Origin: an uncultured archaeon
GTDB lineage: Archaea > Asgardarchaeota > Heimdallarchaeia > Heimdallarchaeales > Heimdallarchaeaceae
NCBI GenBank assembly: GCA_964534625.1
Contig: CAZHRF010000026.1
Span: forward strand, 27,041-43,304
Direction of reading: 5' to 3'
DNA: 16,264 bases
The position numbers and the translations under genes are program-made. The notes below the pieces were generated by a model. That model saw only the letters and a list, made by a program, of their open reading frames with translations. It was not told where the DNA came from and did not search any database. Below, in pieces: positions 16,253 to 16,264 of this stretch. Position 1 is the first letter of the stretch. Each line of letters begins with the position of its first letter.

Positions 16253-16264
16253 AGGAAGATAAGC

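Overview
AT-rich 16.3-kb window that looks archaeal, most plausibly Asgard (Heimdall/Loki-like). This is inferred from three large TPR solenoid genes (two ending in a longin/roadblock-like domain), archaeal BRE-TATA-type promoters and a UPF0175/PIN toxin-antitoxin pair. Left end: the tail of an upstream gene and a COG1032-type radical SAM gene. Right end: an MBL-rhodanese fusion, a HAD phosphatase and a tail-anchored DUF362-ferredoxin. Between TPR gene 1 and TPR gene 2 lies a ~4.4-kb accessory island (about 4120-8500). It carries (i) an ABC/AAA15-type ATPase coupled to a small TOPRIM-like protein, a candidate defence module, bracketed by a ~118-bp imperfect direct repeat with a 39-bp identical core that looks like the TPR gene promoter, so copy 2 would fire antisense into the module; (ii) a 5-bp microsatellite; (iii) a PIN toxin upstream of its UPF0175 antitoxin; (iv) a decayed IS66-like transposase missed by the ORF track, with a tandemly duplicated left end and a back-to-back IR junction. 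All family calls come from motif recognition by eye; no database searches were run.
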